A stretch of DNA of 64,000 nt from Octopus vulgaris (lineage: Eukaryota). A program made the position numbers and the translations under genes. Shown piece by piece: positions 14,228-27,345 of the stretch. Numbering within the stretch: position 1 is the stretch's first letter; every line of letters begins with the position of its first letter. The stretch covers positions 3,162,001-3,226,000 of the forward strand of contig OX597816.1 in the NCBI GenBank assembly GCA_951406725.2. The letters are read 5' to 3'. The notes under the pieces are model-generated. The model saw nothing but the letters and a program-made list of their open reading frames with translations, was not told where the DNA came from and searched no databases.

Positions 14228-15620
14228 AAAAATTATTGAAATCTTTTATTTATTGCTGAGGCATAAGCAAATAATTGCACATAAACTTTTACAACAAAGT
14301 CTGTGGACCCCACCAAGGCCTATGAAGATATTTTATCTCAGACAATTCCCCAGCATCGTGCCCTCTAACAGTGTGCACACATTTAGTATGCTATACAGAT
14401 GCCGATTGTAAACATTACATAATTTCATTTTTCTTGTTCTATAGAATGTAGAGTGAAATACCAATTGATTAAGGTATCGGGCAAGAAGCTCTTTACAGGC
14501 GTTTAGCCGAGTCACTTGGACGGATGGCTTCATTAGCTTGGATCTTAGTTACCTTGGGTTTACGGGTTCTAGGAGACCAGGGAGCATTTATCTTACATTA
14601 ATATGATACCATCCTGAAGAATATATTTGTTTCGCATTCGATTAATGCCATAAAAAGTGGAATAAAGCGCTGAATTCATGGAGTCTTATTTGTCTTCAGG
14701 TTTTGGCTGAATCGTTATTGTATCGGACATACTGTTGAATTGCCTGTGCTTTATAACACGTGACTGTCGCTGTGTTGTTGTTAAGAGTGGGTACAGCAGG
14801 CTGTTGTAGATCACTGATGTAAGTGGAAGAGAAACTGCAAAAATCCCTAGCTTTTAGCAGACGCATGGGTAGTGGAGGCGGCCTGCCTCGGACGACGCTT
14901 TTAGGGGACGGCACTTTTGTGTCCGCTATATAAGCTTGTGTAAGAGGAGGGTGTTCGGCAAACTCAAAGGTTGCTCCAGGCGGCATACCTTCCAGCTCCA
15001 CCGCTAGATTTTAGTATTGTGTTTAATCCAGAGAGTAAGGTTTGAAGGGGAGAATCTAAACCAGTGCTTTTATACCATTTTTTAAAACTGGGATTCCTGT
15101 TTTACTCAGGCGCACCTTCACAGCCCTTCAATGTCTAAAAGATCCCACCATATTTTTACAATTAAATATTATCAAGAACTGTATTAAAAAATTGTTAAGA
15201 TATTTTATTTATTGTTGAGGCATAAGCAAATAATTGCACATAAACTTTTACAACAAAGTCTTATGTGGACCCCACCCCAAGGACCACATGGACCTCCAGG
15301 GAAGGGCCTTATGGATTCCGATCGAGAACCATTCCTATAAACCATGCCTAGATCAATATAGAAATAGCAACGCAGAAGAAAGATTTACTCTGGTGGTTCT
15401 GCGATTCAATGGTTTATGAAATTCGTCTGTTAAATCTTTTCTGTCAAATAAATATTTGACCCGTCTGTTGTCCCTTCAGGCCTTCCGTAGTTTAGCACGA
15501 GCAAACATATGTCAAGTCTAAGCAGCAAGGTACAAGGAAGGTAATAACATCGGATTGTTATGATAAGGCAACCAAAGAGTGAAGGACTGGAGGAACACCT
15601 CCTACCATCTACAGCTAGCA

Positions 15621-15737
15621 GTGACGTCACAACGGCACGAGCTGGGCAATGACAGACACACAGACATACACTATGTTAGGGACACGCTTCCATGTCACGT
15701 GATCAGCACGGTTACTCGGCAAACAGTCGGCCATCTT
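15621..15737. promoter_or_regulatory. Candidate cis-regulatory cluster: CRE, E-box, YY1
   Basis: GTGACGTCAC at 15621-15630, GTCACGTGAT at 15694-15703 and CGGCCATCTT at 15728-15737, in apparently non-repetitive DNA. Confidence 0.4.
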
Positions 15738-15792
15738 TGTTGCCGTTTGACCTACAAACAACGGGTCTCTCTCGTCTTGTTTCTGCAGTTGA

Positions 15793-16241
15793 TTCTTCTT
15801 CTTCTTCTTCTTCTTCTTCTTCTTCTTCTTCTTCTTCTTCTTCTTCTTCTTCTTCACCTTCTTCTTCTTCTTCTTCTTCTTCTTCACCTTCTTCTTCTTC
15901 ACCTTCTTCTTCACCTTCTTCTTCTTCTTCTTCTTCTTCTTCTTCTTCTTCTTCTTCTTCTTCACCTTCTTCTTCTTCTTCTTCTTCTTCTTCTTCTTCA
16001 CCTTCTTCTTCTTCTTCTTCTTCTTCTTCACATTCTTCTTCTTCTTCACCTTCTTCTTCTTCTTCTTCTTCTTCTTCTTCTTCTTCTTCTTCTTCTTCTT
16101 CTTCTTCACCTTCTTCTTCACATTCTTCTTCTTCTTCTTCTTCTTCTTCTTCTTCTTCTTCTTCTTCTTCTTCTTCTTCTTCTTCTTCTTCTTCTTCTTC
16201 TTCTTCTTCTTCTTCTTCTTCTTCTTCTTCTTCTTCTTCTT

Positions 16242-16274
<33 letters not shown>

Positions 16275-16279
16275 ACTAT

Positions 16280-16313
<34 letters not shown>

Positions 16314-16314
16314 G

Positions 16315-16372
<58 letters not shown>
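15793..16372. repeat. (TTC)n ~480 bp with CAC interruptions, followed by (TAC)n
   Basis: Directly visible. Confidence 0.95.
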
Positions 16373-16373
<1 letters not shown>

Positions 16374-16514
16374 GATAGTAGCTGCAGTAGTGGTAGTCGT
16401 TGTTCCGTCTCCCTCCCCCTCCTTTCCACATTTTCGCCCTCTACCTTAACATGTCTATTCTCCGTCACCATCCTCTATTATTTCCTTAGATTAACTATTT
16501 ATCCCCCTCCCTCC

Positions 16515-16576
<62 letters not shown>

Positions 16577-16585
16577 CTCTATCTC

Positions 16586-16754
<169 letters not shown>

Positions 16755-16919
16755 TTGTCTGTCTGCCTGTCTGTCTGTTTACTTCTTTCGCTCTCTTCTA
16801 TCCATTTATACACACCTCATTCTACAACCCATTGCTGCTTCCTTTTTTCACTTGATCTCTTTTCGTTTGAGGCAAACCCTGTCCCCACACACACACATAC
16901 TCACACACACAAACATACA

Positions 16920-17389
16920 GAGCCAAGGATACGTTGGAAGGATAATTCAGAGGCCAAAAAGATTTTTAAAAAACCCTACAATGTGATGGAGGCCATAGCT
17001 ACCAACAAGATGACAGAGTATTGGCGGAATGTCCCAGTGAATAAAGATAATAGACCAGACATTGTGATTTAGGACAAAGAACAAAACCTATGTTTAGTAG
17101 TAGAACCTGTTGCCCAGTGGATGTCAGCATGGAGCAAAAGAGCAGCGAAAAAGAAAATGCCCACGCTGAACTATTAAGATATCTACAGTTATTCTACCCG
17201 TATTATAAGTCCAGGTTTATACCTGTAATTATTGGGGGAACTAGTATATGTAACAAGTTGCTTCAGCGTTAATCTTGAAAAATTAGGGATCTCAAAATCA
17301 GAATAGAGGAAGCTAAGTAGAAGATTACAGATACAAATCACCAAAAGACCTGACAAATTATGTAAAACATTGCAAAAGTTTAGCATTTA
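16920..17389 (+). mobile_element. Degenerate RLE-retrotransposon (R4/Dong-like) 3' fragment
   Basis: EYW.NVPV..NRPDIVI*DKEQNLCLVVE and RFIPVIIG, with stops and frameshifts. Confidence 0.65.
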
Positions 17390-17937
17390 AGTACATATGC
17401 GATTATAGGAATAAGAATATGTTCATGAAAGAGAAACATTAAAATATAACAGAGGCTAACTCCAAATACTTGGACACACAATCACAAACACTTTGTTGAG
17501 GTTGTTTAAATTCCAATGAAGGAGCTTTGGATCAAAGTTAGAGACAAAATGTTTTTTCTCCAATGGCAAGGATATTTAGAAACAAGACTAAATTATAACA
17601 AACACACGCGTACGAGTGTGAAAGTGCAATGGGTGTGTATACATATGTACTATGTTCTCCGTTTTTCTTTCTTTTCTTTTTTTGTCTTTGTTGCCGTACA
17701 CATTCGCTAGCTTTCTTACAAAGGGGTCTGAAATGGTCGTGACTTCTGGTACTTGACTGATGAAAGAAAGCCAAGAATGACCCGTCTTTTTTGCCTGTCC
17801 TAATTCTTTTTTCTTTTGTCCACCTTTGTGTCGTCTATCTGCTCGAACGTTTTAAAACCCTCTATTGCGTTTTTGTTCCATTTATGTATATATATGTATG
17901 TATGTATGTATGTATATGTATGTATATATATATAATC

Positions 17938-18108
17938 ATATCGAAGGGAAATGGAAATTAATAGAAATTTTCACTTCCAGTGGCCTAGCGGGTAAAAATT
18001 TAGTCCAAAGACTATGTATTACTCATAAAATACAGTGTACATTTAAACACAAGGAATCCACTCGTAGGATTCAACACGCTAGAAAGAACAGCTAGGTTCT
18101 ATAACCAC

Positions 18109-18115
<7 letters not shown>
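17938..18115 (-). repeat. Inverted copy of the pLTR-like tail at 19954-20137
   Basis: Reverse-complement match, e.g. GCTAGGTTCTATAACCACAAAA / TTTTGTGGTTATAGAACCTAGC. Confidence 0.8.
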
Positions 18116-18171
<56 letters not shown>

Positions 18172-18173
18172 CA

Positions 18174-19477
18174 CGAGCGGTGTATGAAAAGCTTTGAGCC
18201 TAACCTAGAATCGGGGCTGCTAGGTAGCTGAAACAATTTTTTCTGGTAAGTATAGTCTTTTCGGAGTATTCTTGCTCCTTTTCATGATTCTGATATTTTA
18301 ATATTTTTGCTGCAGATTTTTGAATAAACAAATGTCGAGGTTACAAGGAAAAATGGGGAAAACTGAGTACCGTGCTGTCATAAAGTTCCTTCGTTTGAAA
18401 GGCATGACTCCATCAGAAATCCCTGAAGATAAGGTGAAAACCTTAACAGACAATGCTCCTTCATATGCAACAGTCAAACTCTGGGTAAATGAATTCAAGC
18501 GTGACAGGGAGAGTGTGGAAGATGATCCCACACTAGGGAGACATCCAACTGCAACCACCGAGAACAACATTGACCTTGCTCTTAGTATGATAATGCAAGA
18601 TCGTCGAATATCATATCATGTCGGCAGATAGCCGAGAGACTGGGCATCTCAACTGAAAGAGCAGACAACATTGTGACAAAAGAACTTGGGTTCTCAAAGG
18701 TTTCCGCAAGGTGAGTCCCTCGCCTTTTGACTCCTGAACAGAAATGCACCCGGTGTACTTTGTCCACGAGCAATCTGCAACTGTTTGAAGCCGATGAAGA
18801 GAATTTTCTTGCTCGTTTCATTACTATGGACAAAAGTTGGGTTCATCACTACCAGCCTGAAACCAAAGAACAATCAAAGCAGTGGAAGCACACATCTCCT
18901 CCTACCCCCCAAAAGGCCAGGGTCATTCCTTCAGCTGGAAAGGTCATGGCATCCGTTTTTATTGATTCTCAAGGTGTCTTGCTGATCGATTACCTTGAAA
19001 AGGGTCACACCGTTACATGGCTGTATTATTCTCAGCTACTGAAACGCCACCGAAAAGCAATCAAAGAAAACAGGCCGGGAATGCTCACCAGAGGAGTCCT
19101 TTTTCATCACAACCATGCACCAGCCTACACCTCAGTGGTTGCCATGGCAGCAATTCGTGATTGTGGATACGAACTTGTGCCCCATCCGCCTTATTCTCCA
19201 GCCTTAGCCCCCTCTGACTTTCATCTATTCCCCAAAATGAAAAAAGCCCTGGTTGGTTGCCATTCTGCCAGTGACAATGACGTCATAGACGCTGTAGGAA
19301 GTTTCTTGGAACCTAAAACAAAAGAGTTCTTCTACACCGGGATAATGGCACTTTAGCACCGCTGGAGAAAGTGTTCGGCCATAGGAGGGGGGGGGGGGCT
19401 ATATTGAAAAATAAATCTTCAGAAGTCTTGAACCATGTTTAGTTTTTTGGGGGCTCAAGACTATTTATACACCCCTC

Positions 19478-19478
<1 letters not shown>
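18174..19478 (+). mobile_element. Full-length inactive mariner transposon
   Basis: ~27-bp imperfect TIRs (CGAGCGGTGTATGAAAAGCTTTGAGCC / GGCTCAAGACTATTTATACACCCCTCG), in TA-repeat context. Confidence 0.92.
18350..19413 (+). pseudogene. Mariner D,D34D transposase pseudogene
   Basis: YRAVIKFL HTH region, R*VPRLL (WVP motif broken), ITMDKSWVHHY, FHHNHAP (catalytic D lost), HPPYSPALAPSDFHLF; frameshift near 18620. Confidence 0.9.
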
Positions 19479-19511
<33 letters not shown>

Positions 19512-19820
19512 GTTATAATTTCATAGATAAGCTTATATAAATATATATTCTTTTATTCTTTTACTTGTTTCAGTCATTTGACTGTGGCCATGCTGGAGCA
19601 CTGCCTTTAATCGCGCAAATCTACTGCGCAGACGCAACCCTTCTCCGGCAATAAAAAATGCCAACTTTTAAAACCGAAAATTATCCAAAGGCTTATAATA
19701 CTTAAACATATCAAAGGTGAAGGGCTGCGTCTGCGCAGTAGATTTTCAAAAAATTAGAATGTATAAACGGGAGGCACATAGTTTGATCGCCTCGTGTTTA
19801 TATATTTAACCCAAGGTGTA

Positions 19821-19897
19821 CCTGTTGATGACGATTTCACCTCGTGAGTAAATGTTATTTGCTTGCTAAACTAAAATCAGAAACCAATTGGTCCAGG
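19821..19897 (+). ncRNA. Type I hammerhead in a pLTR-like unit (C3U variant)
   Basis: CCTG TTGATGA CGATTT..AAATCA GAAAC CAATTG GTC CAGG: perfect stem I and palindromic stem III. Confidence 0.7.
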
Positions 19898-20680
19898 AAA
19901 CTTGATGGTAAAATGTTCTTATTTTTCATTTTGTTCCTGTCAAATTTTATCCCTAATTTTTGTGGTTATAGAACCTAGCTGTTTTTTCTAGCGTGTTGAA
20001 TCCCACGAGTGGATTCCTTTTGTATTTAAATGTACACTATATATTACGACTAATACATAGTCTTTTAGACTAAATTTTTACACGTTAGACTACTGGAAGT
20101 GAAAATTTTAATTAATTTTCCATTTCTCTTTGATATGTTCAAGTATATATACATATATACGACGGGCTTCTTTCAGTTTCTGTCTATAAAATCCACTCAC
20201 AAGGCTTTGGTCGGCCCGCGGCTATTGTAGAAGGTACCATACTGTGGGACTGAATCCGGAACCATGTGGTTGGTAAGCAAGCTTCTTACCACACAGCCAC
20301 TCCTGCGCCTTACCCCATAAACAAAAAATAATGGAGAAATAAACATATTACATGTTTATGTGAATATATATATATTTGTGTATTATTGTTATAATTATAT
20401 AATTATAATGATACGAACTGCCGCATTAATCCTCCCTTCTAAACACATCTAATACGTATGTACCCATGAGTATGTTTGAGCGGAAATATATATGTATATA
20501 TATATGTATATGTATATGTGTATATATATATGTGTATTCCTCGTGTATATACAGTTTCATTCTTACAAAACTAAAATAACTTTAAGATATATTGATTTTC
20601 TAAATTACAATATTACTACTCTTACAATAACTTTCTCATACCTCTGTTTATATTTTATTTAAAATGAAAAATATAATAGC

Positions 20681-20741
<61 letters not shown>

Positions 20742-20759
20742 TAATAATAATAATAATAA

Positions 20760-20837
<78 letters not shown>

Positions 20838-20996
20838 CATTGATTCATTTGTATGCATATATATACGCATATGCATGTACATTTATGTGTAGGTATATGT
20901 ATTTATGTATATTTATGTATATGTATGTAAATGTAAAAGTATTCATATATGTGTGTGTATTTATATTTATAACTTAACCTTATGTACTTTCTAAAA

Positions 20997-21119
20997 ACTC
21001 TGACGAAGCCCAGAGAAACACCCAATTACCTCAATTTTATCTACTAATTACTTCAGTCTACTGGAGGTATAAAAGGTAGAATGAGGTATTTTTAACTCTT
21101 GGCTGAAACAGCTGTAAGA
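20997..21119 (+). ncRNA. Type I hammerhead with long stem II
   Basis: CTGACGA AGCCCAGAG..TACCTCA..TGAGGTA..CTCTTGGCT GAAAC AGCT GTA AGA; stem I weak. Confidence 0.7.
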
Positions 21120-21296
21120 TATTATACCAATTTCTATTCCTGCATGTTATATATTTTAATAATTACTTATATTTTCATATTTTATATATTATATATGTAA
21201 AGCATAACATATTATACATGTATGTATATTGTTATAATTGTCCTTTTAGTAAATAGATAAATTAATATAATATCCATAATATATATATATATACAC

Positions 21297-21353
<57 letters not shown>

Positions 21354-21354
21354 C

Positions 21355-21411
<57 letters not shown>

Positions 21412-21964
21412 TATATACATATATACATACATATACATATATATCAATATATATACGTATATATATACATACACACACATAAGAGTTACGGATTGCTTGA
21501 CGCTGTCTTTCTTCCTTCACTTGGATCCTTAGATCTTACACACACACACATATATATATAATACATATACATACATGCATACTGACATATATATTTACGC
21601 GAATATATACACGCATGCGAGCATACATTCAGACGGACAGAAAGACAGACATACAGACATAAACACACACACACGCTCACGTATGTTTTCTATGTGTGAC
21701 TTCATTCATGAACACATAAATTTAAATTTACAGACACACATGAACAGACAAACACACATACAAATACAGACACGCACACAGGCACACAAACGCACACGCA
21801 CACGCACACGCACACAGGCACACATGTTTGTTTACCGGTTGTTGCGCTATGGGAGGAGCGCCGGGGTTTGTCTGTCGTTTGGCACAAGAAATGATAAATT
21901 TCTTTTGGTTTCGTATGACGATTATGCATGCTTCATTACAAAGCTATTTACAGGCAGAAGCAGC

Positions 21965-21993
21965 GCCGCCGCCAACACCACCACCACCACCAT

Positions 21994-22046
<53 letters not shown>

Positions 22047-22450
22047 CCACCACCATCGTCATCGTCGTCATCGTCGTGATCATCATCATCGTCAAGAGCG
22101 ATAGCGTCTGCATGAACATCACAGCCGCCCCCTATTGTTTGCATTATAGTCGCCATCGACTCCACCTTTACCGCTACTCTCACCATCACCACCACCACCA
22201 CCACCACCACCACCACCATCATCATCATCACCACCACGACCACCACGACCACCACGACCACCACGACCACCACGACCACCACGACCACGACCACGACCAC
22301 CACCTCCACCACCACCACCACCGTCATCATCAACGCAATCATCCACAGCCACCAGTCATCACCATTGTGAACAGCTATGACGACTGTCCCGATGACGGCG
22401 GCGACGACAACGCCCGTCATTGCCAACCCACGACCACCACGACCCACCCA
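21965..22450. repeat. Compound trinucleotide repeats (CAT/CAC/GAC), including a 9-bp CACCACGAC unit
   Basis: Directly visible. Confidence 0.9.
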
Positions 22451-23144
22451 GGCCAATCCATCATTACAAGCCACGGACAGATGATAATAAGTAAACAATT
22501 TAAGGAGGGATCAGATACAGTTATGTACCTCTGTTATTGACTGCAGCAGTGTTACCTTTCATATATACACCCAGCCAGCCAGCCACCCACACACACACGT
22601 ACATACACACATACATACATACGTATATACATAAACATATACATACATATATATAATACATGTATACATGCATCTATCTTTATGCATATATATATATATG
22701 TATATATATATGCATATAAATGCATCTGAGCGTATTTATATACATATATATACACACATATATGTGTGTATATACACATATAAACACATACATATGTGTG
22801 TGTGTGTGTGTGTGTGTGTAGGTATATACGTGAATGGTTGTGAATCTGTTACTTTGTCGTCAAGATTTATTAAGGTAGGAAGGCGCCACGACACGAGCCA
22901 CCCGTTGCCTCAAGTACTTGGACATTGTCAGCTAACCCGTTTCGGGTGAGCCAGACATAGACATACATATATACACCACCCATGTAATTTATGATATATA
23001 TATATTTACTTATATATATATATGTATGTGTGTGTGTGTGTGTATGTATATATATATATGATATATATATGTATATATACATATACTACGTATACATATG
23101 CATATGTATATATATATGCATACATATATGTACATATATATATA

Positions 23145-23218
<74 letters not shown>

Positions 23219-23849
23219 TATATATATACACATTAATTACATATACAGACATATATATTTATACACACATATATATACATACACATATATATATACATAC
23301 GCATTAATATGTATATATATATATATATATATATACACACGCATACACACACACATACACACACACATACACACACATACACACACATACAGACACACAC
23401 ACATACATATATATATATGTATATATGCGTTAATTCTTACACAAAGCATATTGACGTGGGAGAGTCGAAGTAATTACAGACCAGAGAGATTGTGTAGCTT
23501 CCAAAACGAATGTTTTATATCAGTACACCAACACATACGCATACACACGTACAGAAACATACATATATGCATACATACAATTTATAAACAAATGTAGATC
23601 GATTCAAGCATATGTAATGCGTATATGTATTGGCATATACAAGCAGACATACATAAACATTATAGTTTTGGAAATGAAATACTAACAGTAACTTCGAAGT
23701 TTCGGCTGAGATGCCTGCTTGAAGAACGCAACCCGAAATACTGAAAGTGAGTGTTGTGCATTTCTTTGCCAAAAAAGCACGTGATCTAATCAATAAGTAA
23801 CCGGACTGTTACCATAGTAACGAAGCTAAGCCGTGCAGAGTGAATCTTC

Positions 23850-24600
23850 TTGGCACAGATTGACCCTAAACTCTGCTGTGCATGCCCACTAAGTTTTAAC
23901 ACTCCAGTTCACTTCCGCTATTTACAGCAGTTCTTGGAAGGAAGGTGTGTAGCGTGTGATCATAACATCGACCATGATAGAGAAAGTTGAGCAGAGAATC
24001 TGCATCAAATTTTGCCAAATTCTTGGCGATGCCTGCTCAGAGGCCTACGCAAAGTTTTCAAAAACTTTTTATCGTTCTCGACACAATCTAGAAGATCTTG
24101 TGCAACTGAAACCCGAGTGTCTTTTTGGTCAACTGAAAGCAGTTTTGGCGCAAACTTGGCAGACACGCGTCTCATACCCAAATCTTCAGTGATAATGGCC
24201 TGAACTGAACCATAATTAATCTGCACACCCTCTGATAACTCACAGATGATGATTTGATGATTTCCCCTCACAGCTGCACGCACATTTGCGATGTTTTTCT
24301 CACTTCTGCTTGTTGCAGGTCTCCCAGAACGTTCGTTAATTTTAATATTTTCTCGGCCATCTTGGAAACCTCTGAACCACTGGTACACTTGTGTGCGGCT
24401 CATACACTCCTCTCCATACACTTTCTGCAACTTTGCGTAGGCCTCTGAGCAGGTATCGCCATGACAACTCTGTCATGATCAATGCGACGATCACACGCTA
24501 CACACCTTCCTTCTAAGCACTGCTGTAAACAGCGGAAGGGAGCTAAAACATTGAAACTTAATGCGCATGCAAGGTAGAGTTCAAGGTCAACCTGTGCCAA
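23850..24600. mobile_element. Mariner-derived foldback: two copies of the 5' end in inverted orientation
   Basis: 23850-24056 (+; MIEKVEQRICIKFCQILG) is the reverse complement of 24426-24600. The minus arm continues into the transposase N-terminus (MSRTQVYQWF..ITEDLGMRRVSAKFAPKLL). Confidence 0.8.
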
Positions 24601-24853
24601 ACTATCCTCCCGAAGGACCTGAAAGACATACATGGGGTGGATGTAGATGTCTTCAAAATGAAACTAGACTTCTTACTGTCAAGAATCTCAGATGAATCAA
24701 ACTTCACATCAGGAAGTGCAAATGAGGTCAGCGGCGTCAAACTCTCTCATGCACCAAATGTCAAGTTCTAAAAAGAATTAGTGAAGTAAAAATTACATAG
24801 CAATACCAAATGGCAGTGCCACAGCATTGCCACAGCTCATGAGTCGAAACTAG
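24600..24853 (+). mobile_element. CR1-group LINE 3' end
   Basis: LPKDLKDIHGVDVDVFKMKLDFLLSRISDE, then tail GGCAGTGCCACAGCATTGCCACAGCTC..GAAACTAG. Confidence 0.7.
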
Positions 24854-24889
24854 TTCACTTCAATTTAATTCAATATATATATATATATA

Positions 24890-25296
24890 GGTGCAGGAGT
24901 GGCTGTGTGGTAAGTAGCTTGCTTACCAACCACATGGTTCTGGGTTCAATCCCACTGCGTGGCATCTTGGGCAAGTGTCTTCTGCTATAGCCCCGGGCCG
25001 ACCAATGCCTTGTGAGTGGATTTGGTAGACGGAAACTGAAAGAAGCCTGTCGGATATTTATATATATATATGTATGTGTGTGTATGTTTGTGTGTCTGTG
25101 TTTGTCCCCCTAGCATTCTTGACAACCGATGCTGGTGTGTTTATGTTCCCGTCACTTAGCGGTTCGGCAAAAAGAGACCGATAGAATAAGTACTGGGCTT
25201 ACAAAGAATAAGTCCTGGGGTCGAGTTGCTCGATTAAAGGCGGTGCCCCAGCATGGCCGCAGTCAAATGACTGAAACAAGTAAAAGAGTAAAAGAG
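24890..25296 (+). mobile_element. SINE family A, full length
   Basis: GGTGCAGGAGTGGCTGTGTGGTAAG..GGTTCAATCCC..GACTGAAACAAGTAAAAGAG. Confidence 0.88.
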
Positions 25297-25328
<32 letters not shown>

Positions 25329-25343
25329 CACACACACACACAC

Positions 25344-25424
<81 letters not shown>

Positions 25425-26032
25425 TATATATATGTATATATATATAATTCAGTATATAGACATATATATATATATATATGTAAAAGTGTTTATACATACA
25501 CACACACATGCACACACATACTCACACATATGTACATACAACCGTTCGTTTGTACGCATTCATGCTGTGTGTGTGTAATCAGTGTCTTATCGATTTTGAT
25601 AGCAATGTTGATGTAACAATGATTCAATACATCATCCCAGCGGCCAATTAGTTTATCTCTTCCCCCTGGTCTCTTAATGCCCTCGTAAAAGGATTCTTAA
25701 CCCGAAATATCAGGACTACTCGAACATATGCAGAACAGGAACTTTTTTATATCTTCGCTATTGTAAGTTTTTATATTCAATGCTCCACCGGTATTGCTAT
25801 CAACTTCTATCACACATTTATTTTGTATATAAACCGCAGTGTAAACACACACATATATTTGTATGTATATATGTTTGTTTGTGTATATATATATATGTAT
25901 GTTTGTATATATATATATATATATAAGTATATATATATAGTGTTCCGTTCCGTGATGGTAAGATCAACAGAAAAGTGCCCCATCTGGTGAGAGATAAACA
26001 TTATTTAATAACCACAAGACATATTTTTTATG

Positions 26033-26114
26033 AGCTACTATTAGTTTCATGCGATTAAAGCAGCCCAGACAGCATTTTTTAACACGTCTGGTGCCCTCAC
26101 GCAATCCTCAGACT
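26033..26114 (-). ncRNA. Type I hammerhead
   Basis: AGT CTGAGGA TTGCG..CGCAT GAAAC TAATA GTA GCT. Confidence 0.65.
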
Positions 26115-26273
26115 GTGTGCACATGGCATGGTGAGCTAAAAACAGGACAATGAAAACGAAATACATATATACATCGAAACCGACGGGTGAGTCCTGTACA
26201 CACACACACATACACACACACACACAGATAGGCGGATGTACATATGAATATGTGTGCCTCTGTGTGTGTGTGT

Positions 26274-26328
<55 letters not shown>

Positions 26329-26379
26329 TATATATGTATATATATAACCAAAAAATAAGCAACAAGAATGGATCAGTAG

Positions 26380-26465
26380 TTTAGTACAATTGTTTCATAC
26401 TATAAACATTTTATTAAAGCTGCAAATATTACAGCAAATATAATGTCAAGTACTCTTCAGCTAAA
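26380..26465 (-). ncRNA. Type I hammerhead with intact core
   Basis: TTTAG CTGAAGA GTACT..AGTAT GAAAC AATT GTA CTAAA: 5-bp stem I, extended stem II, palindromic stem III. Confidence 0.8.
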
Positions 26466-27345
26466 TTTCATATAGGTTTTCCAAACATCTTAGAGAGTGT
26501 AAATATCCTTATAAAGTTATAGAAGTGAGTTCCAGGAACTTGAAGTAAGAATCCAAGCAGACTATATGTGTTTTCCAACAATACAAAGTTATTAAATTAA
26601 TTATTGACATCTCAGAGAAGGTAAACCTACTCATAAAGATGTGGATATAAATTTCAAGACACATGAGGAAAGATTCCGATCAGACCACGGTTAAGTTCGC
26701 ATCTAACTGTTGCAAACAAAATTCTATAGTTGTATGAAAGACAGCGAGGTAGGTTGAGGAAGTTGACTAGCTAGAGCAAAGAACAACAGGAGAAGAAATA
26801 TAATGGGGATGTAAGAAGGAATAAAGATACAACTAAGAACGGTCAGTCTATTTCTATGGTGACAGAAAATCTAGGTCAGTGTGGAAGGAATCTTAAATTC
26901 CTAAGAGAACTGTAATTTTGACCACCCCTAGCTTTCAACTGAAAACTCTCAGAACTAATAGTGGGGTTAAAAACAAAGGAAGATAAAAGGAAAAACACTA
27001 AAGAGGTCATAGGTTATCGGTAGAGAGAGATACAGTAAGAAGATTAAGGTTAACACTAGAATAGAAGGTTATTTATTTATTATTGTTTATATTTTAACTT
27101 TTGTTTTTATATGGTAAGAAGGAATTTAGGTCAACATCTAGAGGTCAATTAAAATCAATAGCAAATGGTAGGGGTACTGTACCTATTCAAAAATTTATAG
27201 TGAAAATCAAATTTAACGCTCGGGAAGTGAAAAGTCTTTAATGTTTCGAGCCTACGCTCTTCTACAGAAATGGACACAGAAACAAGGAGACAAAATAAAG
27301 AATGCGAAGTGGCCAGCGATCTATCATGGTGCATATATATATATA

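Noticed and set aside
21575-22540. His/Asp-rich 321-aa ORF
   Set aside because: Trinucleotide repeats with no domain or splice evidence.
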